From Amoeboaphelidium protococcarum X5 (taxonomy: Eukaryota; Fungi; Aphelidiomycota), in contig JALDTO010000192.1 in the NCBI GenBank assembly GCA_023515725.1, positions 62,001 to 126,000 of the forward strand: a stretch of 64,000 nucleotides of DNA, in the 5' to 3' direction. Below the pieces are notes generated by a model. That model saw nothing but the letters and a program-made list of their open reading frames with translations. It made no database searches and was not told where the DNA came from. Positions 26,098 to 37,446 of the stretch are shown here, in pieces. Positions within the stretch are counted from its first letter, which is position 1. Each line of letters starts with the position of its first letter. Both the position numbers and the translations under genes were made by a program.

Positions 26098-28359
26098 TCA
26101 GTCGCCGAAATGCTACTTAACTTGCTAGATGAGATCAGCTTTTTTACCATGAGGCTTTAACTTGACTGCATGCAAAAAGTCTTTCAGTTCAACAACGGTA
26201 AGTTTATTCAACTGGTCCTTGTCGTTGGCAATTTTTACTTGCAAAATTAATGCATTGTGATCTTCATCTTCACCGGATACATTCTGTGACTCTTCTTCAT
26301 CAACGTCTTCGTCCACAATCTTATGTTTCGACTTGGCTCTTGATGAAGTCTTGCGTTATTTCTTGGGCCGATGTCCGTATTCAAGATCTTAACCTTCAGC
26401 TTATACATCGTCATTATCAGGAACGACAAATTCCAGATCTTCATCACTCGCAATATAAGAGTTGACGTTCAAATCACCCTCTTCATCCAGCTCCTTATTC
26501 TTTTGCTTGCGTTTCTATGCCTTTGGTTTACTTGATGATGCCTACTTCCTCTTAACCTTCTTGGTTGTCTTAGCATGCTCCTCATCCTCGCCACCGGCAA
26601 CGGCGCTAGTAGCCAAATCCACCAACTCTTACGCGATGGGACGCACAATTTCAAAATCATCGAAATTTCTTAGTGTAATATCATTCGCTATTGGTGGAGG
26701 CTCGTCGTAATCCAAGGCAAAGGTTTCCACTATTGCATTGTGACGCTACAGGGACGGATTTGGGAATTCGAGCGGATCAAGACGGTCAAACTTCATGATG
26801 GAGATCATCTGCTAAAATTTCGTCTTCATAGTACTCAAGAGCTAATTGTCAGCCTGAATTGGTGCCTGCTAAGGCAAATCTCGAATATCATCAGCGAATG
26901 GAAGAGGAATCAATTGCAATCCACCAGGTCGGTCTTAAATACCATTATCATTCACAATCTCCGCCTGACTAATCAGAGCTCCAAGTCTAGGATGAGATCG
27001 TGCTCTTGACTAGAACGCAACTATCGCATATTATTACAACTAGAGCATACTTGCAGCCATTACGGAGAATAGCTCTTTACTACCTCGATAATTTCTGTCT
27101 TCAGGATAGATAAAGTATGAATGCTTCAAATTTTGGTCCAATGTGAGCGTAGACAATGGTTTGAATCCCAACAATGTTAAACCGGTAAGATCCATATCAG
27201 ACAATGGATTTCTAATAGCCGACACTTGTTCTTATGAGAATATAAGCTTCTCACCGCCATAAGTCTGAAAATATGCCAATCTATAAGCAGGTTGCTAGCT
27301 GCTTTGGTCTTGGGATCTATCATGTACACTATCAACTAAACCTTCACTTTATTCTTACTAGGTCTGTTATTAATAACTAGGCAGCCATTTAGTTTATGGC
27401 TTTGCAATCTATAGATTATCGGACCTCATATATCCACTAGCATTCTTCTTGGCTTCAATTATCATACTATAAACTCGGACGCCAATCTTGGTGGTAGGAG
27501 TAATGCTAAACTCCAAAGAGGCAATACTTCTCTTGGGCTATTTGCGCTTCCGTACTTGCAGTGATAGATCCACATAGCTCTTATAAGAAGCAAAAGAATC
27601 CACCACCGCATCATCTTCAGACGCTGATGATAGAATAGCTTTATAAAACTTGGAATAATCAAACACATGATCTCCGTCAATGTCCATGCCCAATAACTCG
27701 AACCGGATTCCATCTACAGTGCACAGATCAATACCACGCCTGACAGCAGGCCGAATCAGAGCCTCATCCCCGCTGTGAGGATTATCGACATTAGTAAGCC
27801 ATATGACACGCTTCACGCCAGGCCTCATAGACTTTGATGAATATGAAGTCTTGCCTTTATCCCAGACATTTCGCAATTGAAAAGACACCTCGCCAAATAC
27901 ATTGCTCAGAGTAACGAAATTCTCTCCTCTGCCATACCCAACAGATGCACCAAACTCTTTCTACCAGATCTGATGCGCGTCATCACCTCCGCTTTAACAA
28001 TTCACCATCTTTTGAACAAGAGATTCCAGCTACTTGATCCTATCGACATCCACAGACATCAGCTGGTGATAAGAGAAGATATGAGCAGCGTTGTGTACAT
28101 TCTGCATCTAACCAGTTCCGTAGAACAACATTCCAACATCATCCTTAGGACTGGTCAATGCTTTGGTCTTGTACATATTCAGAGCAGTTCTCAGAGCCTC
28201 TACCACTGGAACACTATCGCTATCCGCCTCTCTGTGCCACATTGATGGTGTAACATCTATTACGAACAGAACGGTGTCCTTATTCTACGCCGCGCTCAAC
28301 AACTCGTCACCAAACATATCGCTCTCATCCTCTTCATAATTATAATAATTAGCAGCCAT
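26098..28359 (-). CDS. KU70: Ku70 DNA end-binding subunit
   Basis: vWA domain (DTVLFVIDVTPSM, IWLTNVDNPH), LLGFKP..HSYFIYPED, LIPLPFADDIR, PNPSLQRH and C-terminal SAP domain (LTVVELKDFL...GKKADLI). Confidence 0.93.
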
Positions 28360-28522
28360 TTTAAAACAGTAAGACTTTATCAATATCGAATCTATAAAGA
28401 TACCTAACAGAATGAGCAAAAAAGCTGTGATATTATGGCTGATTTGAGTCAAAAAGGAGGAAACGAGGAAATTAGAAATTAACTGCGAATTTACTTCTAA
28501 ACAATAATGGTAATAATAATAA

Positions 28523-29797
28523 TCATTTCTACAATGAATCCAGGAGAGCGTGAATGAGGATAAAGAACGCTCTCAGAATAATAGTGTTTTTGAAATAATC
28601 CAACACCGACCTGTTATTGGTGTGAAGATCAAACTGTTGAATGTCTGTACATGTAACCATAAGTGGTCGTATGTTTAGCGATGTGAATAGAGGCGCCGTA
28701 ATTTGATCTAGTGTCAAGTCTTATGCATCGGGTCCCATCATCTTGATACGCGCAATCCTAACTACTTGACGCAGTACAAATGAGGCCAATTGAGGTAATT
28801 GAGATAACGCGGATTACATGGCAAGTCTTGCGCGATTCATAGGATTAAGTCTTAAATTTGGCGCCAGTGATCGATCCTAATCTTGTTGATGCCATTAAAG
28901 TTAGAGTCTTTCGTACAATTGAACTAAACTTTATAGAGGCTGTTTATCCGGGAATTGTACTTGAGTGATGAAATCTCTACGCGCGTATCTAGAAGACGTT
29001 ATTTCAATCTTATGATACAATCTACTGGTTTGTAACAATACTGATGGCGCCCTCTCCTCCTGGCGACGTTCCAACTGCTGTTGAATTCTTATATCAGCCT
29101 GCTTAACAGCTTCTTCTATCAAAGGTTATAGAAGAGGAGGACACACAATTCGACTAGATAAAAATTGCCGTTTGAGCTTTTGCATCTCTTCTACCAGCTA
29201 ATTACTTGACACTTTGCGCTTAAAACATTGCTCCATACGGTAATCAATATCGGAAGATGGTTATTACAGTATCTGCGCGTAATACTCGACTGGTGTCACG
29301 TCTTTGATTATAGACTGTACATTCAGTTACTATCCTTTATCATTTGAGGTACGCAGGCCATCGCTGGATAATCTAATCACTTTAAATACTTCGGATTAAG
29401 CCACAAGAACAAGCTTCATGTTATCACTTGTCTAATCTCGAACTTTGCAGTATGCAAATAAATGCATCGGAACTTCAGCGTATAACGCAACATTGATGAA
29501 TCTTAGTTACACTTAAAATTATACTCCACCATCATATTTCATAGTAGCCAGAGTCTTGATTATACGCGTCTTTCTCTTTTACGTATTGTCATTGTTATAT
29601 CCCTCTCTCTTGTTAAGAACTGGAACGCCAAACTTCACTTAAAGCTCCATGCAATTTTATAATCCATATTCATACATTGAAGACATGTTCAGTTCCCAGC
29701 CAGCCAGGATACCTTCCTCAATAAATTGGAAACAATTCACACTGATAATATTGTGTAGAATCAATATCACCAACACTAAAAAGTTCAGGTTCCTCAT
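28523..29797 (-). CDS. Hypothetical secreted protein (424 aa)
   Basis: Continuous ORF under TAR=Gln with signal-peptide-like start MRNLNFLVLVILILHNIISVNC; no domain recognised. Confidence 0.6.
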
Positions 29798-30110
29798 CTC
29801 AACAAACTATAGCTTCAAATGGTGAGATCACATGTAAATGAAAAGTAAAGTGTGGCGAAGCAACTACAGAAATAAACGGCTTAGTGACTTGGAATCGCTA
29901 ATGAACAATGCAATAACGAGTATAATATAATTACAATAAAGCAGTACTAAAAACTGTCTGTAAAACAGCTCGATATTTGCCAATCCTGTTCATGAGTCTG
30001 ACACTACGACAACCTCTAGTCTACATGACGCTTCTCTCTTCAATCGCGACATTAATAAAGGCTAAAGCGCATTTTAAATCCATCTTTATTTATTCATCAG
30101 ATACAAAGAT

Positions 30111-30696
30111 TCATAATTCAATATTCAGCTCAAAATCTTCTAATTCTGGTGTAGAAATCTCAGAGTGCAACAGATGAACACTTGAAACATCAAAATCAAA
30201 GCCACAATCGACCGGCAACTACTTTAGATTTGAAATGTCAAAATCCTGTAGGAAATCAGGAGAGTACGTTTTAAACTTTGAGAATGACTCAACAATTTAC
30301 TAAACATCCACCAGATCATCATCGTGAATTATACGCGTCAAATCAGTCTCGCGTTTCGGAGGGACCGTTTCAATTTCGTATTTGTCATCATCATAATTGT
30401 TGGTATTCAACGAAGCCTTCGTCTTATTTGAATCTTTAAGCTGAACCGTGTCCATCTACAAGACTGTCTTTTGTACCACATCCACTTTACCTGGCAATTT
30501 CACAATCGGTGTGCTATTAGTCACATCTCTGAGGCCACCTTTTCTTCTTATAGTGCCATTGTTCTTCTTTCCAGTTTGTTGTTCTACATATTGGCGTAAA
30601 AGTGGAAATGGACCGATAAAAGTACTGTACCAACTTACTATTTTGAGTTGGAGTGCTCACTTACCTTGTATACACTCTTACTAAATTTTCATTCAT
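30111..30696 (-). CDS. Securin-like protein; intron 30584-30638
   Basis: 176 aa with NEN (KEN-like), D-box-like RKGGLRDVTN, EIETVPPK motif and an acidic C-terminus. Confidence 0.6.
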
Positions 30697-31247
30697 ATCT
30701 TCAATGGTGGGAGTAATGAATAAAACGAATACTCAGGACTTTATTAAGCCAAAGATCAACTATTCCAAGGACAAAGGACAGAACTATGTGAAACAAGAAT
30801 GAATGCGGATTGTTCCGTTAGATTGTCAAGACAGCACTCAATTCCGCGCTTATGTAGTTTTCAAGTTTGATAAAGTTGCCTAATCCGTGCGCTGTCAGAT
30901 TCTAATTATTAGAATTTCCAAGGAGGATATTCTAAAGTCTAGCCTGCTCCCCGCAACACCAAAACTCATTTTGCGTATTCGTTGACTGCTTTAGATGATT
31001 CAGTATGGTCAATATAGTACGTCCAAATTACAAGAAAATTACTGGTCTTTATATCGTCAGTTAATTTGAGTGGACACTATGAGAACTTAGTAATTATTTG
31101 CGCGAATATGGCGAGCAGTATCATTGTAACGGATACCATGTCAGTCAATGATCCTGAGAATCTTGATTCCACCTAATCAATTCGGTAAATAAAACAGTTG
31201 AAATCCTTTACAACTGACTATATATGAAAGTTTATACTATTTTTAGT

Positions 31248-31559
31248 TCATACTTTAGGAGGAAAGTCCGAGGGAGGCGATGTCCTATACTCCCATACAT
31301 CGTTCCGGTTGGGACTCTATTCAGTCAATTGCCACCTCCTTACGCGCAAAGCTTCCAATTTCTGATCCTCATTCTTGGTCTTTTATGACATACACCACTT
31401 TAATCTCTCAGTCCATTTGTGACACGTCGGCCGTTCTCCATACACATAGTAGTGATTTACCTGGTTCGCTAAAGATACGCACCGCATCCAATAATCTACA
31501 TGATACCAACAGTTCAATTCAATCGCGTCATTTATATCAAGTCTATCCTCTTTAGTCAT
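31248..31559 (-). CDS. Emi1/DUF3128 (C22orf39-like) twin-Cys protein
   Basis: CWYHVDYWMRCVSLANQVNHYYVYGERPTCHKWTERLKWC...DVWEYRTSPP; missed by the ORF track. Confidence 0.8.
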
Positions 31560-31677
31560 CGTGATATGTAATTTATGTTTTTATCGTAATAAGTGATTTC
31601 ACTCGCTAATAGAGCAGAAAATATTTATGAAGGGATTCGGCAAATTATATGGTTATACGCCTAGTCGGGAAAAAATT

Positions 31678-31710
31678 ATATCGCTGCCGACCGCAGGTCG
31701 GTTGCGATAT
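31678..31710. repeat. GC-rich hairpin with GCA triloop
   Basis: ATATCGC-TG-CCGACC-GCA-GGTCGG-TT-GCGATAT. Confidence 0.85.
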
Positions 31711-31793
31711 TTTATACGGATTTCAAGGGATGAGTAAGAAGAAACCGAAGATCTGCGATCATATCCACTCAATTACTCAATCAGTTCATAAAA

Positions 31794-34700
31794 TCACGTC
31801 TATTTCAACTTTCTCTCTCTTTCTACACGCTTTCTGAACTTTTTATAGAGACTTGTACGCATTTACAACAAAGAATCGTCTAACTAACTTGATGCATCGC
31901 ATCTTTTGGAAGAATGGCCTTCAGTACATTAATTGGAATCAGCCATCAATCTTGGCTTCCAGCAGATTTTGCAGACTTGTTTCACTGATTCGCTTCTCAA
32001 ATTACTGTCCAACTCTTCTTCATTGACAAATCCGTTTTCAGGTGTCAACACGTCGTCGCCGAATCTCTAACGCAGCAGTTCAGTCAAATTGACAGCCTCA
32101 GTCATTGTGACAGGCCCAGTATCAGCTTAAATGATATCGACGGTATGATAAGTTAATTAGTTAAAGGTCGGCTGTTCGTTGATGTCTACATTCTCTCCAA
32201 AATTGTCAACTCTAGGAATATCATCACCATCAGGCAGACCCAAAACTGGATTGAACAAAGTGCCCATATCCAGATTGGTGAAGTAAGCATCGTCTATACT
32301 ATCAACTAATCTCTAAATATCCTAATCTGCAGTAGCAAGCAAATCATTGACACTCTAAACAGACTGAGTAGCAGGACAGATGCAGCTCAAATTGTTCAAT
32401 GAAGTCTGTGTTTCTACAGATACATGTTCAACTACTTAGACAGTTTACTCAGTAGACACCTAATGCAACTACGGAATTTCGAACGGAATATGCAATGCTG
32501 TTGGGTCAGTCAAATGATTTTATAGCTGTCTGAACTGGGCCTTAAATGGATCAATCGCGTATTTGCATGCCAACTTACGTTCCACAATATCTTCAAAACT
32601 CTTCAAATGGCTTGGTGCTTTAAAAGAGTATTCTGATAACAAATCATCAACTTCAGACTAATTTGAGCAGGCGGCAATCTTGTTATAAACCAGAAAATTC
32701 CATCGATCAGCCATTTACTCATAATCTACTTACTTATCATCACCGTTTTTCTTGGTGCAATATTGTTCAAACAGTGACATGAATAAGATGAGCTCTTTTT
32801 GGGAGGAGACGGGACGTGATATGACATTGAATGCAAACTTAGAGATCATATCATCAGAGTTCAGCTTGATGGGCTCAGTAGATATATCACTCTAATCCAT
32901 ATCAATAACAGTCAAATCAACTTCAACTGGATCGGCCAGTGCATCAATCAGTTCTTCATCAAAGCCACCTTCGCATTCCATCATCAGCTACTAGTCAGAA
33001 ATGTTCTTTAGATCAAGAGATTTGCCCAAATACTTACTACAGCCAAATTTAACAGATTTTGAGAATTCAGATACCTGTGGAATGGTCAGATTCTCAAAAA
33101 CAGGACACTTGAAGTATTTCGCATTGTCGACATACAACTGCTTAATTTAGCTCAGCACTAGTGGGTTGTAAATATGAAAATCCGGAGTCAGCCCACAGGT
33201 CAGTGCCGCATCTTGATTTCTTCTGTAGACAAAGTCCATGAGCATAACATTATATAGCTCAGGAGAGATAGACTTTGCTTAAAACGCATTGTACAACATC
33301 ATGTGATATCCTTCTTATTGGCTGGTACCTCTAAAACACTTGAACTACTTAAAAGATCCATCATCTCCAGGCTTTAATTGCAAGTACATGTCAACACCAG
33401 GAGGATCTGATAAACAGCCATCTTTGGCGTGCTTCAGATTACGCTCGTGATGTTTCATTACTTGATCATCAATGAACTCACTGTTAACCGCTCTGAACAT
33501 TTAGACCACCTGATCAATTCTATTCGACAAAATATCCGCAGGTGGAACAAATCTTCTCACTTTACCATTACGCAATAGATAGCTTCTCTTGATCTGATCC
33601 ATTTACTTATCTGATACTCCACGCTGCTGTAATACTGACTTCACATCTTGCATGTCTTCTTCAGAACAGATGAATATCGCGTCGCGGAGGTTGGAGGCAA
33701 AGAGAGAGTATAGAGGATGTTTCTTCTTAACAGGATACCGCTCCATGAAATGAAATATATCCAAGAGTACTCGCTATCCTTATCCAGTAGCTGACAGAGA
33801 TTCAAACATATCAGAGAGAAATGCTCTTTCAGTGCAGCAGAGATCTGTGAAGAAAGCCTGAGGACCCTCTTCATCTTTGGCCGCATAGCGCTGCTTCAAG
33901 ACTTCAAATTCACCAGTCAACTCTTTCAGACTTTTGTTTGGCACAAGCCAGAATCCAGCTACTTGGCCATACTCATTCACCAAGGAGTATAATCCCTCAA
34001 ATATCTACTGAGACTTAGACACAGGCACCTTGGCTGCTTTGAAAGTGTGATCACCGCTCAAAACTTTGCCAGTAACTTGCGCGACAGCGGCGTTCTTCAG
34101 ATCATACACATCCATTTGGCTCTTATAATAGAATTTCTTTAAAACAGTAGTGGATGGAATGGATACGTTATACTAATCTTTGTCGCTGAATTCTGGAAAT
34201 GGGTCAATCAGTGCAGGCAAAGCTTAAAACATTAAAGTCTTCTATGGGTTCCTTCTAACAAATGTTGATGCGGACAGATAGGCAAGATGTCTTGATTAAT
34301 GCTAGTTGTTGAACAGCTCATCCAACATCTTTACAAACTCATTAAAAGAGACTCCTCGCATGATCATCCTATCCATTAATTAAATCAATTAGTTGTCCAG
34401 GATCGTGTTGTCAATCACCGTACACGGCAACTATTGCTAAACATGAGGAGGAAGATGCTGCAAAGTATCTGGATCTATTCCACGAAACTCCTTACCAGTC
34501 CTGCCACCAGTACCACAGTGACACAGATTGCATTTGTACCTCTTGAACATGATGTAATACGACTGACCAATGCCTATTACTTTTCGAGGCCCTACTGCTG
34601 ACCAGCCTGCTACCTTAACGTGACCATCCACAACGCCATGAACTGGACAAGGCATGTGGCGAACACCAAGATGATGGAAAAACACTTCTGGCGTCCAGAA

Positions 34701-35357
34701 TATAACTTTCTCCTTCACAAAATCCTAGCTCTCCATATAATCTGAGACTAATAAAGGATTAGGCGGATAAATCCAGATATCACGCCAGGACAGAGGATTC
34801 AGCGGCTTGCAATCGCAGACACCATGACACCTTGACGACGTTGCATTGCATTGATAGCCGCGCGAACCTGTTCCTTTAATGGCGTAGTCAATCTCATCAG
34901 TGTACTTGACTATAAATGCGGTGGAGGGATGACTTCTCCAATTCTAATCTTTCTACTCAATCACTAACGTGGCATTAACTTGATCATCATTTTCGACTGA
35001 GGAGGTAGTATCATGATGAGCATTAATATCATTTGTTTCAGGCGTCTGATCAGACGCGGATTGATGAACTGGTACATTAGCGAAAGAGTCCACTGATTGT
35101 AAGGATGCTCCAGTCAGCCAACTTGACAAAGTATTCGCGGAACCTGCGATACTGTTGTTCTTCTTTAACTATTCCAAACAAAATTTAGTGTGCGGCTTCT
35201 TATTAGATGGGAAATGAAGATTTTTACATATCGGGCACTTCCAAGTCTTACCAGGATGGATCGGTGCATTTTCTGCGTCTTCTCTCTGCCTCTTGATCTT
35301 CCTTGCACCAGGAGGAGGGACATAATTGCTGATGGACATTCCATTGGTAGTGTTCAT
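31794..35357 (-). CDS. DDE-type transposase-like protein (DUF6729-type), 1187 aa
   Basis: Uninterrupted under TAR=Gln. N-terminal CPIC..H..H..C; FWTPE..CP..GPRKV..YKC; SGDHTFK, FTDLCC, LDIFHF, GCLSDPPGV, RGTSQQEGYH; C-terminal CKIC..H..C knuckle. Confidence 0.75.
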
Positions 35358-35504
35358 TCTCAAAATCTCTCTTAACAGTGAAGTTCGCTCTACAAAAGTA
35401 ATGAAATAAGTATTGAGATTGGAAATTAAATCATACTATATTTTGACTACGACTTTCTTTTAGGCTTCTCACGGCACTTTTTATTTTGAATGCTGATATC
35501 AGAG

Positions 35505-35614
35505 TCAGATATAGGCAACTGTATATCTGATACTGAAGCTGATATTTCTGAAACAGTGTTGGTCGCACGCGCAGTTTATGTAGCGACATTGTCAACAACA
35601 TTGTCAGCGACATT
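35505..35614. repeat. Subterminal inverted and direct repeats
   Basis: TCAGATATA-N8-TATATCTGA (35505-35530); AGCGACATT x2 and ACATTGTCA x2 (35582-35614). Confidence 0.7.
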
Positions 35615-35834
35615 CGTTTCAATGCTTTTTTCATGCTTTGATTAAATTTATATAGTGCGTCCAACTATGGTGAATCATTGCGACCAATGTGTCAGTCATC
35701 CCATTATGAATTGTATTGTGACGTGGCGCGTTGAGTCGGAACTTTACTCATCATAATATTAGGCTTCTTTAGTTCGCGTTACTTCATTCTCATTACCAAA
35801 CAAATACTCATTTATATCAAAGAGCAAAACTAAT

Positions 35835-36290
35835 ATGAGTCTAATGCCAATTACTTAGCCAGACCTAGACGTTTGGAACCGCCTGAACAGCTTGTTAGAA
35901 CGCATGGAACGCCCCGTCATTGAAGGTGCTCTGGGTTCTCGCGAGCTGCTACCAAGTGAGCGTCCACTGGGACAAATGGACGTGGTTGAATACGAAAAGA
36001 ACTTTGTGGTGCAGACTGAATTGCCTGGTATTCCAAAGGATGCTATCCACATTGAGCTAACTGAAGGCAGATTGAGAATCTTTGGTGAAAATACTCTGAG
36101 CAAGGATGAACAACAAGGCAAGTGGCACGTACAGGAGCGCTCTTATGGCAAGTTTGAACGCACGTTGATGGTGCCAAAGAACTCGGATGTTGATAATATA
36201 TCTGCCAACTATGAGAATGGCGTCCTGGAGGTGACGATTCCAAAGAAGACTGAGGGTTTACCTCAGAAGAAGGCTATTTCGGTAAATTGA
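35835..36290 (+). CDS. Small heat-shock protein (Hsp20), copy A
   Basis: Alpha-crystallin domain MDVVE..ELPGIPK..ERSYGKFER..ANYENGVLEVTIPK. Confidence 0.95.
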
Positions 36291-36495
36291 GAGAATGCGA
36301 TATGTAATATGTGGCACTGACTGTTTGTATGTATTGATATAATATTATGTGATATGCTGTAATACTGAATTTGAAAATACTAAAATGAACTTTAAAAACA
36401 ATTTTTGTGATTAACAATAATCAGCGCTGTCAAATGTGATTTTCGTTTCCCCTTGTCGATCACTTCTTTAAATTTGCCTCTCGTTACTTTGCAGT

Positions 36496-37146
36496 ATGAA
36501 CGATTTTTTAACAATCATTGTGAAAGTACTAGGACTTGTGGTAACTCTTGCTTGCTTTCATGTTGCGGTGGTCTCCAATGAAAGTCACTTCAAATTCAAT
36601 GAGAGTGAAGTAAAAGACCCGTTTGCTAGAGTGGTCGTTAAACTCAACCAGAGCGTCAAAGCTGGTGCCTTGCTAATGTATGCTGTTGCATTCCTAATGT
36701 ACATTGTTCCGCCTTTAAGAATTTATAGATGGCTCACAGTTGGTGGATTATATGATGCTTTTGGCAGAATACGTCAGTGGTCGTTTGTCGATACCTTGAG
36801 CATTATATTAGTCCTGGCCGGTTGCGCGTTAAGAATTTCAGCCTACCGCGCTCTCGGTCAATACTTTACTTATGTAGTCACTATCAAAGATGAGCACAAA
36901 TTGATTACAAATGGCCCGTATCAGTATCTGGTCCATCCTTCGTACACTGCGCTTTTACTGGTGACTATTGGTATGTAATTATATCATGGGACCCGCAGTT
37001 GGATTGTCGTTCTAAATACGGCTTTGTTTACCGGTGCTGTATTGTACAGAATCCAATACGAGGAGGAGGCATTGCAACAACATTTCGGCCGTCAATATCA
37101 AGAGTTTATTGACTCACGTTACCGTATAATTCCCTTCCTATATTGA
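36496..37146 (+). CDS. Isoprenylcysteine/phospholipid methyltransferase-family membrane protein
   Basis: LRISAYRALGQYFT, HKLITNGPYQYLVHPSYT, RIQYEEEALQQHFGRQY, RIIPFLY. Confidence 0.88.
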
Positions 37147-37446
37147 TAAGTGAACTTTATTTGCTAATATACTTAGTAATATTTTGGTCTACATGATTGC
37201 TTTCCTGGACTTGATGTAGTGTGCGTAATTCTATATCTACATATTGGCGTAGCACTGGGCACTAAAGATCCTACCAAATAGACAAAGTCTAAACCGATAC
37301 GCGTCGTTTCAAGATGACACGCGCGACGCGAGCCTTGTCTGAACTCGCCGCTTCTTCTTTCCTCTTCAAACGCCACACGCGAGAGCTATCACTTGAAATA
37401 TCATCGCTATTATACATATAATAATACCGTTGTTAAAAGTTCAAAG

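Larger units (their letters stand above)
31632..35702. mobile_element. Putative autonomous DNA transposon (MULE/IS256-like DxxH group), ~4.07 kb
   Basis: Ends GGGAT (31632) and ATCCC (35702), flanked by atttatgaa (31623-31631) and attatgaa (35703-35710). An alternative left end GGGATGAGTAAGA lies at 31727. Contains one large transposase-like ORF and sits between divergent host genes. Confidence 0.55.

Noticed and set aside
30800-31227. Possible small ORF on either strand between the securin-like and Emi1-like genes
   Set aside because: The plus-strand frame has an internal TGA and no clear start; the minus-strand ORF is under 60 aa with no motif.
31661-31710. Helitron-like 3' end (hairpin followed by CTAG on the minus strand)
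   Set aside because: There is no Rep/helicase ORF, CTAG is not followed by T, and the adjacent ORF is DDE-like.
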